Positions 61,901 to 64,000 of a stretch of 64,000 bases of DNA are shown here, piece by piece. The notes below the pieces were generated by a model that had not been told where the DNA came from, searched no databases, and was given only the letters and a program-made list of their open reading frames with translations. Origin of the DNA: Balanoglossus misakiensis. Taxonomy: Eukaryota > Animalia > Hemichordata. The stretch spans positions 5,382,301 through 5,446,300 of the forward strand of contig CM082577.2 in NCBI GenBank assembly GCA_040954595.2, given 5' to 3'. Each line of letters opens with the position of its first letter. Position 1 is the stretch's first letter. Made by a program: the position numbers and the translations under genes.

Positions 61901-63738
61901 GGGGTAAGGGACACTGACATGGTGTACTTATTTTCACCTTAAAACACGGTCGTTGCTGGATGACGTCATAAGAAATTGCTCCGAAATGTCGACTTTTCGT
62001 TGGTCACGTGACATAGGTGAAACCCGAGTCCGGTCCTTGGAGTCCAGCTGATGATTGAATGGCGGCGCTTTTCCGAATTTGCAACTATTTGATCGTTGGA
62101 CGACACAGACACCTGTCGCACCTTCACTGAAAATATTAAGTGAACGACTGCGGAGATACGAAGAACTCTGATTTTCGCCCCATTCTCGGTAAAGAATGTA
62201 TCTTTTCGCCTGTGTTAGTAGCTAATGCAGTCTGCACGGGAAACACAAGAACGTAACCGACTCTAATATGACCAAAGCACTCAATCACCCCACAGACACA
62301 CACTTACAATCTGTACTCTCATAGAATTGTTTTAATTCTCTACATAGTACACATAAAAATCCAGGGACACGTATACCTAGAAAATACACACGGTCGGCAT
62401 GCACCCCTGGCTGGTTTTATTGAATCCCGCAACCTTAATGATCGGATTAAAGTATCTCGAGTAGCTAGCGTAATTCCCGGCAAGCTGGTCATTTGAAAAC
62501 CACCCAGGCACGTCTTACCTAATCTCCCCATCGATTTACTGAGTGACTTAGTCTCCGTGTCTGGGAGAAATAAATGAGTGCGCGGTCTGCTCGTTGTTCG
62601 TTTCAGATCCCAATCGGGTCAACCTGACCGGAGCGAAGAACTCTAAAATGCTCGGTGTCAGGAACACTCACATCTGATGTTGATGTTTGAAGTAATTGCC
62701 TGTAAAATGCAGCCAAAAGTTGCGGCTAACGAGGCGTGTCACACGTGATTTGGATGCAGTATTATATACGTAGCTAGCTATAAGACCATTTATGTGAATA
62801 TGCGACCGATAAATGTTGCAATGCGACTGTAATGAGTTATACGTGTATATCACACGACCCCGACAGTCGGGACATGTTCTTTGACACTGACCTTTGCCAT
62901 GCGCACTATTCGAGGCCATAGGCCTGGTTCTGAAATTGTATTTCCTGGTCTACTTTTCATAAAGCGAAGTTTGTTCTTATTTCACTAGATCGACCAGATA
63001 TCCAGGTCTACCTACATACACAATGGAGACAACGACACGGTAAGTGTTTTAAAGTAGAGGTAACAATATCACCATTATAGTGAGATTTTTCGCCGTGTTG
63101 GCGCTTTTACGAAGCGGGGTAAACAAAATTTTCTTTCCATTTTCTTTTGACCTATGAGTTTATTACTTTTTATTTTTAGTATGTTCAAGGTTACAAAACC
63201 TACATGTACAGCATGGTGACCGAATTGGGTGTGGACGAAGATAACGCGACCAGGTTCGTCGAAGAAGTCTTCGAATTCGAACGACAACTGAACAATGTAG
63301 GTATATTGTACTATTTAGCTCAACTGCGCGCCACAAAGTCGAGTTTTAAAGTAAGGAACCCCGAGGGAAAAGTCCCTGGTACTACCAGCTGTGGTCGTAG
63401 CAAAGCTTATCGGCCTTTGCGTGATGAATCCAATGCAATCAATTCAGCCTGGTACTTGCGCAATTGGAATTTAAATACTGTGTGTTCTCGTGGTCATCAT
63501 GAACCTGGGGGATCTGCCCAGGTGCGTAGCGGAAAGTGTCCCTATTACTAGGCAAAGACACCCCCCCCCCCCCGTGCAAAGGGGAAGGTCAACCGTACAA
63601 ATGTACAATATGTCAGACGTTTAATTAGTCACTTTTTTACATTTCTTTCAGTTATCTCTTCCAAATTCACTGCGAGTAGACCCAGTAGAGCGATATAACT
63701 CCATGACGTTCGATGAACTGACAGCGATGACTCCATCG
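58975..63738 (+). CDS. M13 family metallopeptidase (neprilysin/ECE-like), 5' part; continues beyond the window
   Basis: Exons 58975-59670, 62989-63039, 63180-63296, 63652-63738 (all phase 0). Type II TM helix, then CLTTEC..A..LL..M..SADPCENFYNYACGGW, YVSCLN, LGAQP and LGGW. The start codon could lie in an unseen upstream exon. Confidence 0.9.
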
Positions 63739-63752
63739 GTGGGTTATGTACA

Positions 63753-63762
63753 ATGTATGTAT

Positions 63763-63834
<72 letters not shown>

Positions 63835-63980
63835 ATGTATGTATGTATGTATGAATGTATGTATGTATGTATGTATGTATGTATGTATGTATGTATGTAT
63901 GTATGTATGTATGTATGTATGTATGTATGTATGTATGTATGTATGAATGTATGTATGTATGTATGTATGTATGTATGCAT
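63753..63980. repeat. (TG)n + (TATG)n microsatellite
   Basis: Seen directly. Confidence 0.95.
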
Positions 63981-64000
63981 GACAATCATCCACAAATGAA

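Noticed and set aside
1-64000. CRISPR arrays, rRNA, autonomous transposase or reverse-transcriptase ORFs
   Set aside because: No repeat-spacer periodicity, rRNA-like segment or DDE/RT motifs seen; the window is eukaryotic and gene-dense.

Overview
Eukaryotic, intron-rich animal DNA, most likely from an invertebrate deuterostome (hemichordate or cephalochordate-like; inferred from gene content and composition). Manual splice-phase reconstruction gives one tRNA-Pro(UGG) and nine protein-coding genes. In order: (1) a + strand ~954-aa protein with an apparent PAW (PNGase mannose-binding) + ankyrin + two-TM KAP P-loop NTPase architecture; (2) a mitochondrial-clan cytochrome P450 (-); (3,4) STK19 (-) and DXO (+) head-to-head, as in the human MHC class III region; (5,6) ARL6IP1 (-) and PDPK1 (+) head-to-head, with a U12 minor intron in PDPK1; (7) a ~1337-aa Pol-beta/GlnD-like nucleotidyltransferase + TPR array protein (+); (8) a carbohydrate sulfotransferase (-); (9) the 5' part of an M13 neprilysin/ECE-like peptidase (+). 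The best candidates for undescribed biology are the PAW-ANK-KAP NTPase fusion and the NTase-TPR protein. Non-coding observations include a CpG-poor housekeeping block between CpG-rich flanks, over-represented TACATGTA palindromes, a DR5 element in the DXO/STK19 promoter and two small inverted-repeat elements. All domain calls were made by eye or from memory, without database searches.
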